This document shows positions 62,471 through 64,000 of a stretch of 64,000 nucleotides of DNA, piece by piece. The stretch is taken from NCBI GenBank assembly GCA_002269645.1, contig NIVC01002485.1, forward strand, positions 62,001 through 126,000, given 5' to 3'. The notes under the pieces are model-generated. The model was given only the letters and a program-made list of their open reading frames with translations. It made no database searches and had not been told where the DNA came from. The position numbers and the translations under genes were made by a program. This stretch comes from Macrostomum lignano. Lineage: Eukaryota. Within the stretch, counting starts at the first letter, position 1; every line of letters starts with the position of its first letter.

Positions 62471-63682
62471 TCAAGATTTCGGCAGAGCAAACAGAACCAG
62501 TCATAACGAAACCAGTCATAAGATTCATAGCTAGGTACTGTTCTCATAACACTATTTAGCCCAGAACAGAAATACCACGTGTTGTCAGTCCCTGTCTCCA
62601 ATATTATCCCACATTGGAGCAGATATTCTTTCGAAACCCCCCTCCCCCAAATTCGAAGCCGCTGATCGATGGCCGGCCATTCGCCAGCCGGACACCTGGC
62701 AGATCCTCTATTCGTCTCAGTTTTCCAATCCCAAAGAAACGAAGAGCACAGTGAAAAGGAGCATTTCAAGGTCTCGCCTACCCCGAGAAGCAGAAAGCAT
62801 CTCAGTGCCAAATACTGTTATGAAGGGAAGAGGGGAGGAGAGAAGAAGGCATACGAGAGATGCAGCTCGTCGTAAACAGCCTGCTCAAATATCTGCAAGG
62901 GTGCTCACGAGGTCCTTTGTGTGTGTTTTGCACCAGCCACCCAGCCTGACGCCTACCAGACTCTGCCGATGTTGTCTCCAACGCACCTTTGCATTGACAC
63001 TGGCAGCCTGTTATTTGCAGTGTTTGAGAATTTCTTTTGTACTCGCGCAGCCTGCTTGGGCTTGGGCGGCCCCAGAGGAAGAATTGTCTTCCCCAGGTGA
63101 CAGCCGGGGGGCACGGGAGGCTGTCAATAAGCGGGGAATATTTTCTGCAAGCGGCTCAGTGAACGCGCTCCCGGTGATGACCTAATAAGGCAATCTCACT
63201 GCGATGCTTGGCAGAGCGGGATTGGCGTCTCCATCAGCCACCCTTTCAAGAAGGTGTTGATAAAATATTCCGCGGAATAGAGGCAGAGAAGCACCTGGCC
63301 TGTGACTAAAGTAAAATCGATCACCTCTCTGTGTGTGTTTTCAAGCTCCTTGTTGCTGCAGCTGGTACTTGAGGAATTCTGTTTATCAGCTTTCAAAAGC
63401 TGTCAGATGTTAGCTATCGATCAGGCCAAGCATCTTCAATCAATACTTGGAGTATTTAGTTACTTACCTGTGTCTGCCAGTTCTCCAGACACGGGTGCTG
63501 CCACCAACACATTTCTATTTTTAGAAGAAAACTTGAAAACACTGTCAACATAAAAGAGAACGTCTTCTGAAAGAATTGCTAAAAATAGATTTTTGGAACT
63601 ACGAAAACAATGTCTTTTGCAAATAGAACTTTCAAACACTACAGGCCTTCGTGTCCTGCTCATCACCTGAGGACCATCTTTA

Positions 63683-64000
63683 GAATCCTGTCTGACTCTC
63701 TCTAGAGTAGTCTCTGACTCTCTCCAGAATCCTGACTCTCTCCAGAATCCTGTCTGACTCTCTCTAGAGTAGTCTCTGACTCTCTCCAGAATCCTGACTC
63801 TCTCCAGAATCCTGTCTGACTCTCTCTAGAGTAGTCTCTGACTCTCTCTAGAGTAGTCTCTGACTCTCTCCAGAATCCTGACTCTCTCCAGAATCCTGTC
63901 TGACTCTCCAGAATCCTGACTCTCTCCAGAATCCTGTCTGACTCTCTCTAGAGTAGTCTCTGACTCTCTCTAGAGTAGTCTCTGACTCTCTCCAGAATCC
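63683..64000. repeat. Composite 18-22-bp minisatellite (CTGACTCTCTCCAGAATC / CTGACTCTCTCTAGAGTAGTCT), runs off the right edge
   Basis: Interleaved related units. Confidence 0.9.

Overview
Eukaryotic (animal, probably invertebrate) genomic DNA. The GC-rich exons, tRNA-derived SINEs and very dense minisatellites resemble the flatworm Macrostomum, but that is an inference from composition only. Three spliced protein-coding genes can be reconstructed with canonical GT-AG junctions and consistent phases. (1) ATE1 arginyl-tRNA-protein transferase, minus strand, 6 exons, 21559->16246, 504 aa. (2) A CCDC81-like coiled-coil gene, plus strand, 4 exons, 28346->33272, about 534 aa, apparently lacking the N-terminal HU domains. 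(3) A rhodopsin-family peptide-receptor-like GPCR, minus strand, 2 coding exons, 50905->47499, with a 1-nt frameshift in a CCG run. Mobile DNA includes a 5'-truncated RTE-type LINE with a 10-bp TSD, a decayed Ty3/Gypsy pol interrupted by a poly(A)-ended repeat-rich insertion with a 5-bp TSD, a LINE 3' fragment, four copies of a CORE-like tRNA SINE, a second tRNA SINE with a 15-bp TSD, and a cluster of CATAGAC/GTCTATG termini. Roughly 25 kb (about 40%, approximate boundaries) is tandem repeat from about 28 minisatellite families, and these generate nearly all the long ORFs in the track, which are spurious. The most notable observations are an 8.3-kb foldback-like structure of two inverted 16-bp satellite arrays whose unit contains the CATAGAC terminus motif, a sharply bounded 1.84-kb domain upstream of ATE1 with a single CpG, a different minisatellite in nearly every intron, and the same minisatellites at separate loci.
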